DNA of 64,000 nucleotides from Opitutales bacterium. GTDB taxonomy: Bacteria > Verrucomicrobiota > Verrucomicrobiia > Opitutales > T3Sed10-336. Position numbers and translations under genes: made by a program. The notes below the pieces were generated by a model, which worked only from the letters and a program-made list of their open reading frames with translations, was not told the origin of the DNA and searched no databases. Location of the stretch: positions 355 to 64,354 of the forward strand of contig SLTG01000021.1 in assembly GCA_007130045.1 (NCBI GenBank), written 5' to 3'. This document shows positions 1 through 11,148 of the stretch, in pieces. Position 1 is the first letter of the stretch. Every line of letters begins with the position of its first letter.

Positions 1-1
1 C

Positions 2-571
2 CCGGATTTTTTCCCTTCTCCCGATTCGGCCCTCGCCGAGCTGAAGCTCTTTTCCGTCGGTCACGTAAAGTTGTACTGTCGAATTCTCCTCAACCGGCTG
101 CATGCGAAACGCATAAAACACGGACAGCGGATCAAACGTATTCGGCTTGATATCAATAGGATCGTCTTCCTTGCCGAAATTGGAATACAGCGCCTTGCCT
201 TCATCGAGATCGAAAGTCACCAGAATATCCCGCTCGTGCCGGCCTTCCCGCTGCTTCTTCCTGTATAGGGCCGACGCCCCCATGTCACTCGTTGCATACG
301 CGTCGATACGGTCGCGTACCTTGTAGATCCGGTCCACGAACGAGTTCGTCCTTACCGTGAGCGAAAAATGATACACTTCCTCGCCATTGAGCTCAGCCAT
401 GGGATGGACCTCGAGTATGGCGGTGCCGGCCGAAAAGACTCCCCACCGAAGGTTGAATGTGAGTTTCTCTCCCGGCTGAAACGGCGGGTTTGTGGAGGCG
501 TTGACGGAAGTCGCGGTCCAAAGCACCGTCAGCACGACTGCCGACAACAGGAAAAGGAATGGTTTTCTCAT
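2..571 (-). CDS. DUF3108-like secreted protein (3' end runs off the window)
   Basis: Not in the ORF track. Manual translation from ATG 571 gives MRKPFLFLLSAVVLTVLWTATSVNA (signal peptide), then PFQPGEKLTFNLRWGVFPAGTAILEV...VDRIYKVRDRIDAY...FDPLSVFYAFR, which is the typical DUF3108 pattern. Confidence 0.75.
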   Translation of the reverse strand, partial: MRKPFLFLLSAVVLTVLWTATSVNASTNPPFQPGEKLTFNLRWGVFSAGTAILEVHPMAELNGEEVYHFSLTVRTNSFVDRIYKVRDRIDAYATSDMGASALYRKKQREGRHERDILVTFDLDEGKALYSNFGKEDDPIDIKPNTFDPLSVFYAFRMQPVEENSTVQLYVTDGKELQLGEGRIGRREKIR

Positions 572-673
572 AAAAAATCGCTGGATTCTCTGTTCGGACA
601 ATGACACGGGAACAAAGCAAAGGTGTCTTCGAAAGAACGATTTCCGGAAAAAGAATTTGTCTGCGAAACAAAG

Positions 674-717
674 CTCGATAACGTGATAGCAAAGACTCGA
701 TAACGTGATAGCAAAGA
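674..717. repeat. Perfect 22-bp tandem duplication (CTCGATAACGTGATAGCAAAGA x2)
   Basis: Read directly at 674-695 and 696-717, in the intergenic region between divergent genes. Confidence 0.95.
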
Positions 718-752
718 ACGCGCAGCAACGCAAACCTTCAGCCTGAAACGTC

Positions 753-1235
753 ATGGGCCCGATCGAACTCATCCTTCAATTTCTGATTTTCACGATAATT
801 GCCGGTCTGGCCGGTGCCGCGGGCATGGACTTGGTCATGCACCTGATCTCGAAAAGCGGTTACAAACATGCGTCCATGACCCTTGCTCTCGGCAGTTTTT
901 TCACAAAATCGACTGAAACGGCGCAAGTCATCGGCTGGTTTATCCACGGAGTCGCCGGGGTCCTGTTCGCCATGGTTTACACGCTCCTGTTCATCGCGTT
1001 CGGCCTGGAAGCCGCCATCGCCTGCATGGCCGCCGGTCTGGGTATCGGCTTCCTTCACGGGATAGTGGTGAGCATCATGCTGGTTATGGTCGTCTCCGAA
1101 CATCATCCGATCGAATCGTTTCGAAATGCGGGGATCGAGGTGGGAGTCGCCCACCTTGCCGGCCATCTCGCCTACGGTGTTCTTGTCGGGCTGGTCATCG
1201 GGATCACCGGCTTTGTTGTCCGGGCTGCTGGATAA
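753..1235 (+). CDS. Small 4-TM integral membrane protein of unknown function
   Basis: Four hydrophobic segments with intramembrane His residues (GWFIHG, FLHG, AHLAGHLAYG). Confidence 0.75.
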   Translation: MGPIELILQFLIFTIIAGLAGAAGMDLVMHLISKSGYKHASMTLALGSFFTKSTETAQVIGWFIHGVAGVLFAMVYTLLFIAFGLEAAIACMAAGLGIGFLHGIVVSIMLVMVVSEHHPIESFRNAGIEVGVAHLAGHLAYGVLVGLVIGITGFVVRAAG

Positions 1236-1372
1236 GCCGGTGCGGGACGGCGGGCGGATATTTGACTCGATTACCCGCACTTCCGGTGTTTCGGAATTCC
1301 GGCAGACCGATTGCAGAACGGGCGAAACCATTGTATGTTCGCCGTCAGTATAACTTGTGTTTGCGTTCTTCA

Positions 1373-3295
1373 ATGCCTCTTTTTAAAGCCATAGTGGCCG
1401 CAGTCCTTGCCGTTTGTTGGGCTTTGACCGCGGCGGCAGAGGAGGTCAGGATCTGGACCGACCTCGAAGGCCGCACGATCGAAGCCCGGTTACTCTCCGC
1501 GGAAGGCGACGCGGTGACTATCCGCCGCACCGACGGACGCGTGTTTACCTTTTCAATCGAAAGACTGAGCCCCGAGGACCGAGCCTATGTCGAGGAACAA
1601 TCCGCGGCGTCTTTTCCCGCCATCGTCATGCATCGCCGCCCGTCGGAACAAACCATCCACGAGCTGATCCGCTTCGCAGACGAAGGAAGATGGAAAGCGG
1701 TTGCCGAGCGGCTTCGCAGCGAACTGATCAAAAATTATTCGGGGGCGTCTCCAGCTCCCCATATCCGCGACTGGTACCTGGTTTACCGGTGGATGGACCT
1801 GTTCCAGGACGAGCCGTTTCACCGCGAGCTTCAGCCGCGAGCCAACGCATTCGGCGAGGGCTGGCCCGAATCCCTCCGTCGATTCGCCGCATCCAACCGC
1901 GACTTTTCATCGGAGTTCTTTCGCCTCGTCTCTCCGGCCGACGACACCGGAGAGGTTTCCCGGATATTGAAGGAACTGTACGAGAACGATCCGGAAACGT
2001 TCCAATCCTACCGGGCTCTGGCGCTGGCGATTTCGGTTGTTTACGATCGTCAACCACCCGGCAGGTGGCCCCACCACCAGGTCTCCCGGGATCTGCTCCC
2101 GCGCCGGCTTCCCGACCCGACGGATGCCTTTGAGTTTTTCGTGCAGAGCCACCGCGGCGGACGCCTCCTCCTCAGTCCGCAGAGCCTGAGCGCCGAAGAG
2201 CTCCGCTTTACCGTCGACATCGTGGCACCCTTCGAAGAACTGAGGTGGGCGCAACAGCGGGTCCGCCAGGGAGTGCATGTTTTTGACCGGGTTTACTATT
2301 CGGTGGAATACGACGACAGCCGCTTCAGTCGCACCGTGGAAGAGATCCAATACCACTGGGAGCACTCGGATTACCGGCTCTCCACTATCTTGGAACGAGG
2401 CGGGATCTGCGTGGACCAGGCTTATTTCGCCACCCAGGCGGGAAAAGCGCGCGGGCTCCCGACCCTCTATTTTTCCGGAACCGGCAACGATGCCGGCCAC
2501 GCCTGGTTCGGTTACCTTCGCGGAACCACCGGAGGGTGGAACCTGGATGTCGGCCGCTATTTCCTGCAGGACGAATACGTAACCGGCCACGCGCTCGACC
2601 CCCAGACATGGGAACCGATAAGGGATCACGATATTTCCTTCATGCAGGAGCGCTTTCACAGCTCCGAAGTGTACCGCGATTCCCTCCTCCACAGCGATTT
2701 CGCCCGGGAGTTCCTCCTGATGGGCGACCACTCCCGGGCGCTTTCAATCGCCGAACGCGCTCTCGAGATCGAATCACGCAACCGCGACGCCTGGGACGTC
2801 GTCTTTCAGGTCAAGTGGGAAAGAGACGGGCCCGATGCCTACGAACAGGCGCGACGCGACGCCGCCGATGCGTTCTCCCGCTATCCCGACATTGAAGCCC
2901 ACCACATCAGTTGGCTCGCGGGCAGCCTTCTCGCGCGGAACGAACGCGAGACCGCGTTCGACGAACTTCAGCGAATCAGCCGAAAGAACCGAAGCGCCCG
3001 TCCGGACATCAGCCTCGCGCAAGCCGCGATATTCCTGCGGTTCAGTCGCGAAAACGACAGCCTCGAACAACAGATCGCCACCTACCGCCGGACCCTGTCG
3101 GATTTGGGAAATCACGCTCTAGGAATGGGTTTCTACAGGGAACTGGCTCGCCCTTTTTTCAACCATCTCTCCGGAAACGGACACGTCGACGCGGCACGGC
3201 GGATGATCGCACAGACCCGCCGCACCCTCAATCCTCCACAGGGATCGCCGCTGGACCGCGAGCTCAGAGATATGGCTGAACGCGTCAGCGGCTGA
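1373..3295 (+). CDS. Secreted protein with SHD1 domain, transglutaminase-like domain and TPR-like helical C-terminus
   Basis: ATG 1373 gives a signal peptide (MPLFKAIVAAVLAVCWALTAAA). SHD1 motif RIWTDLEGRTIEARL...ERLSPEDRAYV. Putative Cys-His-Asp triad GGICVDQA / GHAW / WNLD. Confidence 0.75.
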   Translation: MPLFKAIVAAVLAVCWALTAAAEEVRIWTDLEGRTIEARLLSAEGDAVTIRRTDGRVFTFSIERLSPEDRAYVEEQSAASFPAIVMHRRPSEQTIHELIRFADEGRWKAVAERLRSELIKNYSGASPAPHIRDWYLVYRWMDLFQDEPFHRELQPRANAFGEGWPESLRRFAASNRDFSSEFFRLVSPADDTGEVSRILKELYENDPETFQSYRALALAISVVYDRQPPGRWPHHQVSRDLLPRRLPDPTDAFEFFVQSHRGGRLLLSPQSLSAEELRFTVDIVAPFEELRWAQQRVRQGVHVFDRVYYSVEYDDSRFSRTVEEIQYHWEHSDYRLSTILERGGICVDQAYFATQAGKARGLPTLYFSGTGNDAGHAWFGYLRGTTGGWNLDVGRYFLQDEYVTGHALDPQTWEPIRDHDISFMQERFHSSEVYRDSLLHSDFAREFLLMGDHSRALSIAERALEIESRNRDAWDVVFQVKWERDGPDAYEQARRDAADAFSRYPDIEAHHISWLAGSLLARNERETAFDELQRISRKNRSARPDISLAQAAIFLRFSRENDSLEQQIATYRRTLSDLGNHALGMGFYRELARPFFNHLSGNGHVDAARRMIAQTRRTLNPPQGSPLDRELRDMAERVSG

Positions 3296-3386
3296 CCCGG
3301 ATTGTCCAAAAGGTCCTGAAACTTCTCCTGAATCCAATTCCGGAGTTGGAAATTCACGGAATTTTCGCGACTGTTTGTCCTTTTCA

Positions 3387-6300
3387 ATGGATGAAACTTA
3401 TCATGCGCCCATACGTCTCCGGGGTGTTCGTCAGAATAACCTGAACGCACTCGACCTCGACCTTCCGCGCGGAAAACTCATCGTCGTCACCGGCCTCAGC
3501 GGCACGGGAAAATCTTCGCTGGTGTTTGAAACGATCCACGCCGAAGGCCAGCGCCGTTACGTCGAGACCTTCAGTCCCTATACCCGGCAGTTCCTCGAAC
3601 TCCTCGACCGTCCCGACGTCGACAGCATCGAGAACATTCCCCCTTCCATTGCGATCGAGCAGAGCAACACGATCAAGACGTCCCGTTCGACGGTCGGGAC
3701 CATGACCGAACTCTGCGATTACTTCAAAATCTGGTTCAGCCGCGTCGCCGAACTTTTCGATCCGGATACCGGCGACAAAATCGACGACGAATCCGCCCCG
3801 GTCATCTGGAAGAAGGCCCGCAAACGGTTTTCCGATGAAACCGTCCTCCTCTGCTTCCCGATCGCCCGGCCTTCGTCGATATCCTGGAAGGAAATCTTCG
3901 AAAACCTCCTCCGCCAGGGCTACCGCCGGGCCGTATTCGACGAAAAGGTCGAAAAGATCGACGCGCTTCTCGAGCGCGCCGGATCGCTCGCCGGCAAATC
4001 GACCCCGCCCGCCGTCAACGTGATCCAGGACCGTCTCACCCTCAACTCAGGCGGCCGGAAACGTTTCCTTGAGGCGGCGGAAGCCGCCCTACATTTCGGG
4101 CAGGGCGAGCTCCGCCTTCTCTATGCAGGCGGCGGCGAGATCGCCCGATTCTCGACCGGACTCCGTTCGCTCGCCACGGGCAGAAAGTTTCGCGAAGCGA
4201 TTCCCGCCCTTTTTTCATTCAACTCGCCGCTCGGCGCGTGCCCGCGCTGCCGCGGATTCGGAAGAATCATTGAAATCGACTACAGGTTGGCCGTCCCCGA
4301 CCCAAAACTCAGCCTTTCCGAAGGCGCGATCAAACCGTGGCAGGGACAGGTTTACGGAGAATCGCAAAAGGATATGCTCCGTTTTGCGCGGAAAGCCCGC
4401 ATTCCAACCGACGTGCCCTACGAGGACCTTTCCGACGACCACCGGCGCCTCATCGAGTACGGCGAACCGGATTACGGCGTGAACGGAAAGGACTGGCCGG
4501 AAGCGTGGTATGGACTGAAGGGGTTCTTCGACTACCTCGAAACGAGAACCTACAAGATGCACGTGCGGGTGTTTCTTTCGCGCTACCGCGCCTACCGGAA
4601 ATGCCCGGATTGCCGAGGCTTTCGCCTGCAGCCCGAGTCGCTTTGCTGGCGCTGGAAAGGACAAACGCTTCCGGCGCTCTACCAACTCCCGGTCGGCGAA
4701 CTCCTTGAGCAACTCCGCAAGCACCATCGCCCGACCGGAAACCGGCAGGCGGATATCGCTTTTGACGCGATCCTGAACCGTCTCGGATACCTCGACCAGG
4801 TCGGCCTCGGCTACCTCACCCTGGATCGATCCTCGCGCACGCTTTCGGGCGGAGAGGTCGAACGCGTCAACCTGACCTCCTGTCTCGGCACTTCCCTGGT
4901 GGATACGCTCTTCGTCCTGGACGAGCCGTCGATCGGACTGCACTCGCGCGACATCGACCGGCTCATCGGAATCCTGCGCCGCCTGACCGCGCTGGGCAAC
5001 ACCGTCGTTGTCGTCGAACACGACGAAGCAATGATTCGGGCCGCCGACCATGTCCTTGAACTCGGGCCGGAGCCGGGAAGCAAGGGAGGGCGGCTGGTAT
5101 TCCAGGGCGGCCGCGACGAACTCCTCGCAAGCCCCGACAGCCTGACCGGCGCCTACCTGTCCGGCAGACGGGAAATCGCCCCGCCTTCCACTCGGCGTCC
5201 GACAAAACTCCCGGGCCGGAAAAGACAAGCAGGTGTCACCGATAAATGGATACGATTTCGAAACGCCCGTAAACACAACATTGAAACGCTCGACTTCGAT
5301 CTTCCACTGCGCCGGATGGTCTGCCTCAGCGGCGTCTCGGGCTCCGGAAAATCCACGCTCCTCGACAACATTATTTACCAGGGCATCCTCGCCGCCCGCG
5401 GACGCCTCGCCGACGATCCCGCCGAGATCGGGGAAATCGAAGGGATCGACCTCGTGAACGAAGTGGTCCTCGTCGATCAGTCTCCGGTCAGCCGGACCCC
5501 GCGTTCGAACCCCGCGCTCTACACCGGGGCATGGGACGGCATCCGGGAGTGTTTCGCATCCACCGGCACCGCCGTCGCACACGGGTTCACCGCGTCGAAC
5601 TTTTCCTTCAATGCCGGCGAGGGCCGCTGCGGAAACTGCCAGGGACTCGGTTACGAGCGGGTCGAGATGCAGTTTCTTTCCGATATCTACGTTCCCTGTT
5701 CCGTTTGTGACGGGAAACGTTTCAAAGAAGAGATCCTCGCCGTCAGGTACCAGGGAAAATCCATCGAAGAGGTCCTCCGAATGACCGTTGACGAAGCGGC
5801 GCTTTTCTTCGGCGAGAAACCGAAGATCCGTTTCGACTTGGAAAGTCTCCGGGAAGTCGGGCTCGGATACCTGACGCTCGGGCAGCCGCTGAATACGCTT
5901 TCCGGAGGCGAGTCGCAGCGGCTCAAACTCGTCAAATACCTGTCCGTTCTCGGAAGGGAAAAACGCCAACGAAGCGAAGAATTCAGTCCGGCCGGCGGCG
6001 CCCTTCTCCTTCTCGACGAACCCACCACCGGCCTCCATCGTCACGATATCAAACGCCTGATTTCGGTGCTCCAGGCGCTCGTCGATAAAGGGCACAGTCT
6101 AGTCGTGATCGAGCATCAGCTCGACGTTCTCAAATCCGCCGACTGGCTCTTCGAGATCGGTCCGGGCGCCGGACGGGAGGGCGGCGGACTCGTCGCCCAG
6201 GGAACGCCGGAAAAGATCGCCGCAGGTTCCTGCCCTTCGTCCGGGTTTCTCGCCCGGGCTCTTGCTCCCGTCGTACCCGTGCCGGTCCCGGCCGCCCGGA

Positions 6301-9155
6301 AAACCGCCGCGCGCAAGGTCGCCGAACCGGCCGCCACCTACGGGAAGCGCAAAGGGGCTCGTCAAAGGGTTTCGCCTGCTCCCTCAAAGTCCCGTACGCC
6401 CGACGGTCGTTCCGGCGACAACAACACTTTTATTCACCTGTCCGGCGCCCGCGAACACAACCTCAAGAACCTCGCTCTGGATATTCCCCATCGAAAGATG
6501 ACGGTCGTTACGGGCGTCTCGGGCTCCGGGAAATCGACACTGGCATTCGATATCATCTTCGCCGAAGGACAACGCCGTTTCATGGAGTCCATGTCCGCCT
6601 ACGCGCGCCAGTTCGTCGAACAACTTCCCCGTCCCGACATCGATAGGCTCGAGGGAATTCCACCCACTGTGGCGATCGAGCAGCGCGTCACGCGCGGAAA
6701 CCGAAAATCCACGGTCGCCACGGTCACCGAAGTCGCGCAGTACCTTCGCCTCCTCTACGCACGCATCGGCGTACAGCACAACCCCGCGACCGGCCGGGCG
6801 GTCATCTCCCAGTCCGAGGGCGCGCTGCTCGCGCGCCTTCGAAAGCTGACCCGGACTCCCGGCGGACGGCGGACCTCTCCTCTTTACCTTTGCGCCCCGT
6901 TGGTGCGAGGACGAAAAGGCCACCACGAACCTGTCGCGAACTGGATCGCCGAACACGGTTACGAACTGATGAGGGCCGACGGAAAGCTCGTTCGCGCGAG
7001 GGAGTTTCGTCGTCTCGATCGCTACCGCGAGCACGATATCGAAGTGGTCGTCACAGACTTGACCGCCGAGTCACGCCTCAAACGCCACAAAAACGCCCCC
7101 GCGCTCGGCGCGCGTCTCCGCGAAGCCCTCCGCCTCGGCAAGGGCGCCTGTTTCCTGCTTCGCGGCGACGGAACCATTCTCGCGTGGCTCTCCACCGCCC
7201 GCACCGATCCCGTCACCGGCGAATCGTTCCCCGAACTCGACCCGAAACATTTTTCGTTCAACTCCTCGCGCGGATGGTGCGAGACCTGCCGCGGTTACGG
7301 CCGCCTTTACAGCGACCTGCTGGATGCGGATGAAAGCCAGATCGAAGTCATCGAAGACGGCGCGATCTGCCCGGACTGTTTGGGCGAACGCCTCAACCCG
7401 GTCAGCCGCTCGGTCAAACTCTATTTCCGGGACAACACCGCGCGCTCCCTTCCCCAACTCCTGCAGTGCGGCGCCAACGAGCTGGTCAAAACCCTGCGAA
7501 ACCTCGACCTCGACCGGCGCGGCAAGCTGATCGTCCGCGATGTTCTGCCCCAGATCGAAGAACGGCTTCGGTTCCTCGGCGAAGTCGGTCTCGAGTACCT
7601 CAGTCTCGACCGTCCGGCGCACACTCTTTCCGGGGGCGAGGCCCAGCGCATTCGCCTGGCCGCCCAACTCGGCTCCAACCTCTGCGGGGTCCTCTATGTC
7701 CTCGATGAACCTTCGATCGGCCTGCATCCCAGGGACAACCGGCGGCTTCTCAAGTCTCTCGAAAACCTCAAGGACAAGGGAAACACGCTGCTGGTCGTCG
7801 AACACGATGAGGAAACCATGCGGGCCGCCGACGGGATCATCGATCTCGGCCCCGGCGCGGGCATCCGCGGCGGCGAGATCCTGGCTCACGAGGACCTCAC
7901 GCGACTGGCGAAAAACGACGCCTCGCTGACCGGAAGGTACCTGAGGAACGGGCTCGTCCATCCGCTTCGCGGCCGCTACCGGGAACTTCCTCCGGCGCGG
8001 CGTTCGGGAAGGCCTCTCGCCGAATCCGAGTGGCTCGTCCTGAAGAAACCCGCCCTGCGCAATCTCAAGGGCGACGATCTTCGCGTTCCCATCGGACGTC
8101 TGATAATGGCGTGCGGCGTTTCGGGCGCGGGCAAGTCCACCCTGCTCCGCGACCTTCTTCGTCCCCTGGTGCGGCATGCCGCAAAAAACGGTATTCCGCG
8201 GATGAAACCCGCCGATTTCGCCGGCGGAATCCCGGACGCTTCCGATGACAATTCGGGCTCGATCGACGGACGCTCCGTGTTTCGGGAACTGATCAACGGC
8301 GACCGTTTTCGCAAGGTGATCGAAGTCGATCAGGACCCCATCGGCAAAACGCCGAGGTCCACGCCGGCCACGTATCTCGGCGTGTTCGACATTATTCGCA
8401 AAGTTTACGCCACCCTTCCGGAATCAAAAATGCACGGTTATTCCCCGGGGAAATTCTCGTTCAACACCGCCGGCGGACGCTGCGAAACCTGCAAGGGGGC
8501 CGGACGCATCAAACTTGAAATGAACTTCCTTCCCGACAGCTACCTCGCCTGCGAGGACTGCAACGGGCGGCGTTACGGCGCCGAGCTGCTCGACATCGAA
8601 TGGAACGGCAAGTCGATCGCCGACGTTCTCGAAATGACCTTCGAGGAAGCCGCCCGCCACTTCGACTTCCACACTCAGATTCGGACCATGTGTCAGTTAA
8701 TGGTGGATACGGGACTCGGCTATCTCACCCTCGGCCAGAGCAGCCCGACCCTGTCCGGCGGGGAAGCGCAGCGTATGAAAATGGTGACCGAACTGATCAA
8801 GGGCGAAACGACGTTGACCACCCGCCGCCGCGACGCGGGAAAGGGAAACCTTTACATTCTCGAAGAACCGACGATCGGCCTGCACTTCGACGACTGCGAA
8901 AAACTGATCCACGTCCTGCACAGGCTCGTGGACCAAGGTCATACGGTCATCGTGATCGAACACAACGTCGATCTTCTCGCCGAAGCCGACTACCTGATCG
9001 AGATTGGTCCGGAAGGCGGCGATGGCGGCGGCCGCATTCTCTACCAGGGTCCGGTCCACGGCATCCTGGCCATCCCCCGCAGCCCGACCAAACCATTTCT
9101 GAAAACCAAACTGAAAAAGCTGCCGAAGAATAAGATTCGAAAAGAGAAACCATGA
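3387..9155 (+). CDS. uvrA: Excinuclease ABC subunit A, double-length (tandem-fused) form
   Basis: Four Walker A motifs ([16 protein letters not shown] x2, GVSGAGKS), four LSGGE signatures, UvrA motifs FSFNS / CxxCxG / AEGQRR, and a Pro/Ala/Lys-rich linker between the two halves. Confidence 0.95.
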   Translation: MDETYHAPIRLRGVRQNNLNALDLDLPRGKLIVVTGLSGTGKSSLVFETIHAEGQRRYVETFSPYTRQFLELLDRPDVDSIENIPPSIAIEQSNTIKTSRSTVGTMTELCDYFKIWFSRVAELFDPDTGDKIDDESAPVIWKKARKRFSDETVLLCFPIARPSSISWKEIFENLLRQGYRRAVFDEKVEKIDALLERAGSLAGKSTPPAVNVIQDRLTLNSGGRKRFLEAAEAALHFGQGELRLLYAGGGEIARFSTGLRSLATGRKFREAIPALFSFNSPLGACPRCRGFGRIIEIDYRLAVPDPKLSLSEGAIKPWQGQVYGESQKDMLRFARKARIPTDVPYEDLSDDHRRLIEYGEPDYGVNGKDWPEAWYGLKGFFDYLETRTYKMHVRVFLSRYRAYRKCPDCRGFRLQPESLCWRWKGQTLPALYQLPVGELLEQLRKHHRPTGNRQADIAFDAILNRLGYLDQVGLGYLTLDRSSRTLSGGEVERVNLTSCLGTSLVDTLFVLDEPSIGLHSRDIDRLIGILRRLTALGNTVVVVEHDEAMIRAADHVLELGPEPGSKGGRLVFQGGRDELLASPDSLTGAYLSGRREIAPPSTRRPTKLPGRKRQAGVTDKWIRFRNARKHNIETLDFDLPLRRMVCLSGVSGSGKSTLLDNIIYQGILAARGRLADDPAEIGEIEGIDLVNEVVLVDQSPVSRTPRSNPALYTGAWDGIRECFASTGTAVAHGFTASNFSFNAGEGRCGNCQGLGYERVEMQFLSDIYVPCSVCDGKRFKEEILAVRYQGKSIEEVLRMTVDEAALFFGEKPKIRFDLESLREVGLGYLTLGQPLNTLSGGESQRLKLVKYLSVLGREKRQRSEEFSPAGGALLLLDEPTTGLHRHDIKRLISVLQALVDKGHSLVVIEHQLDVLKSADWLFEIGPGAGREGGGLVAQGTPEKIAAGSCPSSGFLARALAPVVPVPVPAARKTAARKVAEPAATYGKRKGARQRVSPAPSKSRTPDGRSGDNNTFIHLSGAREHNLKNLALDIPHRKMTVVTGVSGSGKSTLAFDIIFAEGQRRFMESMSAYARQFVEQLPRPDIDRLEGIPPTVAIEQRVTRGNRKSTVATVTEVAQYLRLLYARIGVQHNPATGRAVISQSEGALLARLRKLTRTPGGRRTSPLYLCAPLVRGRKGHHEPVANWIAEHGYELMRADGKLVRAREFRRLDRYREHDIEVVVTDLTAESRLKRHKNAPALGARLREALRLGKGACFLLRGDGTILAWLSTARTDPVTGESFPELDPKHFSFNSSRGWCETCRGYGRLYSDLLDADESQIEVIEDGAICPDCLGERLNPVSRSVKLYFRDNTARSLPQLLQCGANELVKTLRNLDLDRRGKLIVRDVLPQIEERLRFLGEVGLEYLSLDRPAHTLSGGEAQRIRLAAQLGSNLCGVLYVLDEPSIGLHPRDNRRLLKSLENLKDKGNTLLVVEHDEETMRAADGIIDLGPGAGIRGGEILAHEDLTRLAKNDASLTGRYLRNGLVHPLRGRYRELPPARRSGRPLAESEWLVLKKPALRNLKGDDLRVPIGRLIMACGVSGAGKSTLLRDLLRPLVRHAAKNGIPRMKPADFAGGIPDASDDNSGSIDGRSVFRELINGDRFRKVIEVDQDPIGKTPRSTPATYLGVFDIIRKVYATLPESKMHGYSPGKFSFNTAGGRCETCKGAGRIKLEMNFLPDSYLACEDCNGRRYGAELLDIEWNGKSIADVLEMTFEEAARHFDFHTQIRTMCQLMVDTGLGYLTLGQSSPTLSGGEAQRMKMVTELIKGETTLTTRRRDAGKGNLYILEEPTIGLHFDDCEKLIHVLHRLVDQGHTVIVIEHNVDLLAEADYLIEIGPEGGDGGGRILYQGPVHGILAIPRSPTKPFLKTKLKKLPKNKIRKEKP

Positions 9156-9460
9156 AAGAACCTGACGGAAATTCCGATTCACCCGATCGGGGAATGATCC
9201 GGGCACTGAACGCGTCGCAGCCGTGGCGTTCCCGGACTGCGCCAGCAGTATCGACGATTACGGTGACGCTCATTCCGTCGCCATTCAGTTTTGTGGCGGA
9301 GAAAGATTCGAAAACCTGGCGGCGGGCGGTATCGCGTGCAAGTGAAACGATATGAAATGTGGTTCAACCGCGATAGTCGCTTACGCCGCGTGGTCCGCCA
9401 TGTGGACCCGCGGCTGGACAGGCTGGAGAAAGGGAGGCGGAATGGATGAGCAAAAACCAG

Positions 9461-10987
9461 TTAAATGTCAATTTGCCTGACCTCGGCATCCACAACCCAT
9501 AGGAGCGGCTGCCGAACCGGAAAGTTGCGGATGACTTCGTGAACGTTCGAGCTGGCGGGAAGTCCGCTCCAGGTATCTATGTAAGCATCATTTCCATACG
9601 CCAGCCCGGCGAAAAGCAAAGTCGGGTGACGCACCGGCCATTCGTCGTGATACATCACATCGGGCTCGTAGGGCCACTTGGACTTGTCTTCGATAAACGG
9701 ATAGATGAAATCCATCGCCGGTTTCATGCCGCGGCCGTCTTCGGTGGCAAACTCCCACAGGTTCTCTTCCGGGGTGGAAAGAAGTTGGGCCAGGACGCCG
9801 AGCAGGTCCCAGTTGAAAAGCGAATACCCGTAGGGCTTTGTACGACCGATCTCGCGCGGGAAGCTTCCATCTTCGGCCATTTGCCCGGGAATAATGATCT
9901 TCTTAAAACGCTCCCGGTACTCTTCAAGTTTCTTCTCGTCTCCAACCAGGTCGGCAAACGCCGCCGCCTGGAGGAGCCAGGCGGTGCTGTGATTGTTGGG
10001 ATGATCCCGCTCGTCGAGTCCATATTCGTGGGTGTTCAGCCAGTTGTGATAGCTTTCGAACCACTTTTTGACGCCGTCCCGGACGGCGTCCGAGATGGCT
10101 TCTTTCTCAATAAGGACCTTTGCAGCGCGGGCGACCTCCGCCAGATGGATTGTATCTATTATTCCGATACCCCGCCCCTCGACTCTCCCCGGTATGGCCT
10201 GAGAGTATTTCAGGCTGGGATTCATGCGGGTGCCCTCGTCGACAAACCAGGCTTCCAGGTGTTCGGCCGCGTGCTCGGAGTAGCGTTCGTTGTCCGTAAT
10301 GACGTAGGCTGCGACCAGGGCCGGGACGTGCAGGCTGAGTCTCCGCATCACCAGGCGGTGATTAACGAAATTGGCCGGATTGGTCCGCCCGTCACGGTGG
10401 ATATAGGGCAAGCCGTCCTCACTTTCCGGATCCGGCCACCAGTAGTCGCCCTCGGAATAATAATCGTGTTTGCCGCCCGCACTGCGTTCCGCGGGAAATG
10501 CGGTTATCGTAACCGGCGGCTCGAGAATATATCGATCGGCAGCCGCGAGCACATGAGGTTTCTCGAGATCGGTCAGGTTCGGAGTCGCTGATATGGCTCG
10601 GTTCGTATAAATGAGTTCGCGACCGGCAGTCGATTCGGCGGCATTGAAAAGCAGCTTTCGGAAATTTATGTTCTCAAAATCAGCCGGTCGTCCCATCGAG
10701 GTATAAATAGCGCGGCCGTTTTCCCCATAACGATGGATCCAGGCCAGGGATTCGTATATACCGATTTCCATGCCTTCCCCGAAAAGCAGGACCTGCGTGT
10801 TTGAGCCAAGCTCCGGGTTATGATATAATTTCCCGGAACATTTCCATTCGCTCACACCCTCCGGAATGGGGCGATCAATGGCACCTTCGGCGATGCCGAC
10901 ATCCACAGGCTCACCGTCGCAGTTTGCGAAGCTTAACAGAATCAAATAGAGAAAGGAAGTACAAGCAAACCGGATAATAGCTGACAT
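9461..10987 (-). CDS. Alginate lyase family protein with N-terminal partial ThuA-like segment
   Basis: SAGGKHDYYSEGDYWWPDP, YIHRDG.TNP, GIGIIDT, NNH catalytic motif and RTKPYGYSLFN. Residues about 30-125 resemble the C-terminal half of a ThuA domain. Confidence 0.85.
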   Translation of the reverse strand: MSAIIRFACTSFLYLILLSFANCDGEPVDVGIAEGAIDRPIPEGVSEWKCSGKLYHNPELGSNTQVLLFGEGMEIGIYESLAWIHRYGENGRAIYTSMGRPADFENINFRKLLFNAAESTAGRELIYTNRAISATPNLTDLEKPHVLAAADRYILEPPVTITAFPAERSAGGKHDYYSEGDYWWPDPESEDGLPYIHRDGRTNPANFVNHRLVMRRLSLHVPALVAAYVITDNERYSEHAAEHLEAWFVDEGTRMNPSLKYSQAIPGRVEGRGIGIIDTIHLAEVARAAKVLIEKEAISDAVRDGVKKWFESYHNWLNTHEYGLDERDHPNNHSTAWLLQAAAFADLVGDEKKLEEYRERFKKIIIPGQMAEDGSFPREIGRTKPYGYSLFNWDLLGVLAQLLSTPEENLWEFATEDGRGMKPAMDFIYPFIEDKSKWPYEPDVMYHDEWPVRHPTLLFAGLAYGNDAYIDTWSGLPASSNVHEVIRNFPVRQPLLWVVDAEVRQIDI

Positions 10988-11148
10988 GGAAAAATCAGTA
11001 ATAGAGATTACCGGATATCACAATCCTGATGGAAAACTTGCATTTCGGCATCGGGACTTTAACGGGCTTCGGCAACCGGGCGAATAGTCCGGCGCCCGAC
11101 GACCGGAACGGAAAAACCGTCGGAACCCATCCACCTCGGCGGCCATTC

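Noticed and set aside
4215-6095. 626-aa antisense ORF inside uvrA (also 7071-8177)
   Set aside because: Shadow ORF expected from GC-rich codon bias. It has no motifs and fully overlaps a confident gene.
9156-9460. Possible redoxin-like remnant on the minus strand (VIVDTAGAVRERHG) or small ORF 9152-9355
   Set aside because: The similarity is too weak, with no CxxC motif and no convincing start.
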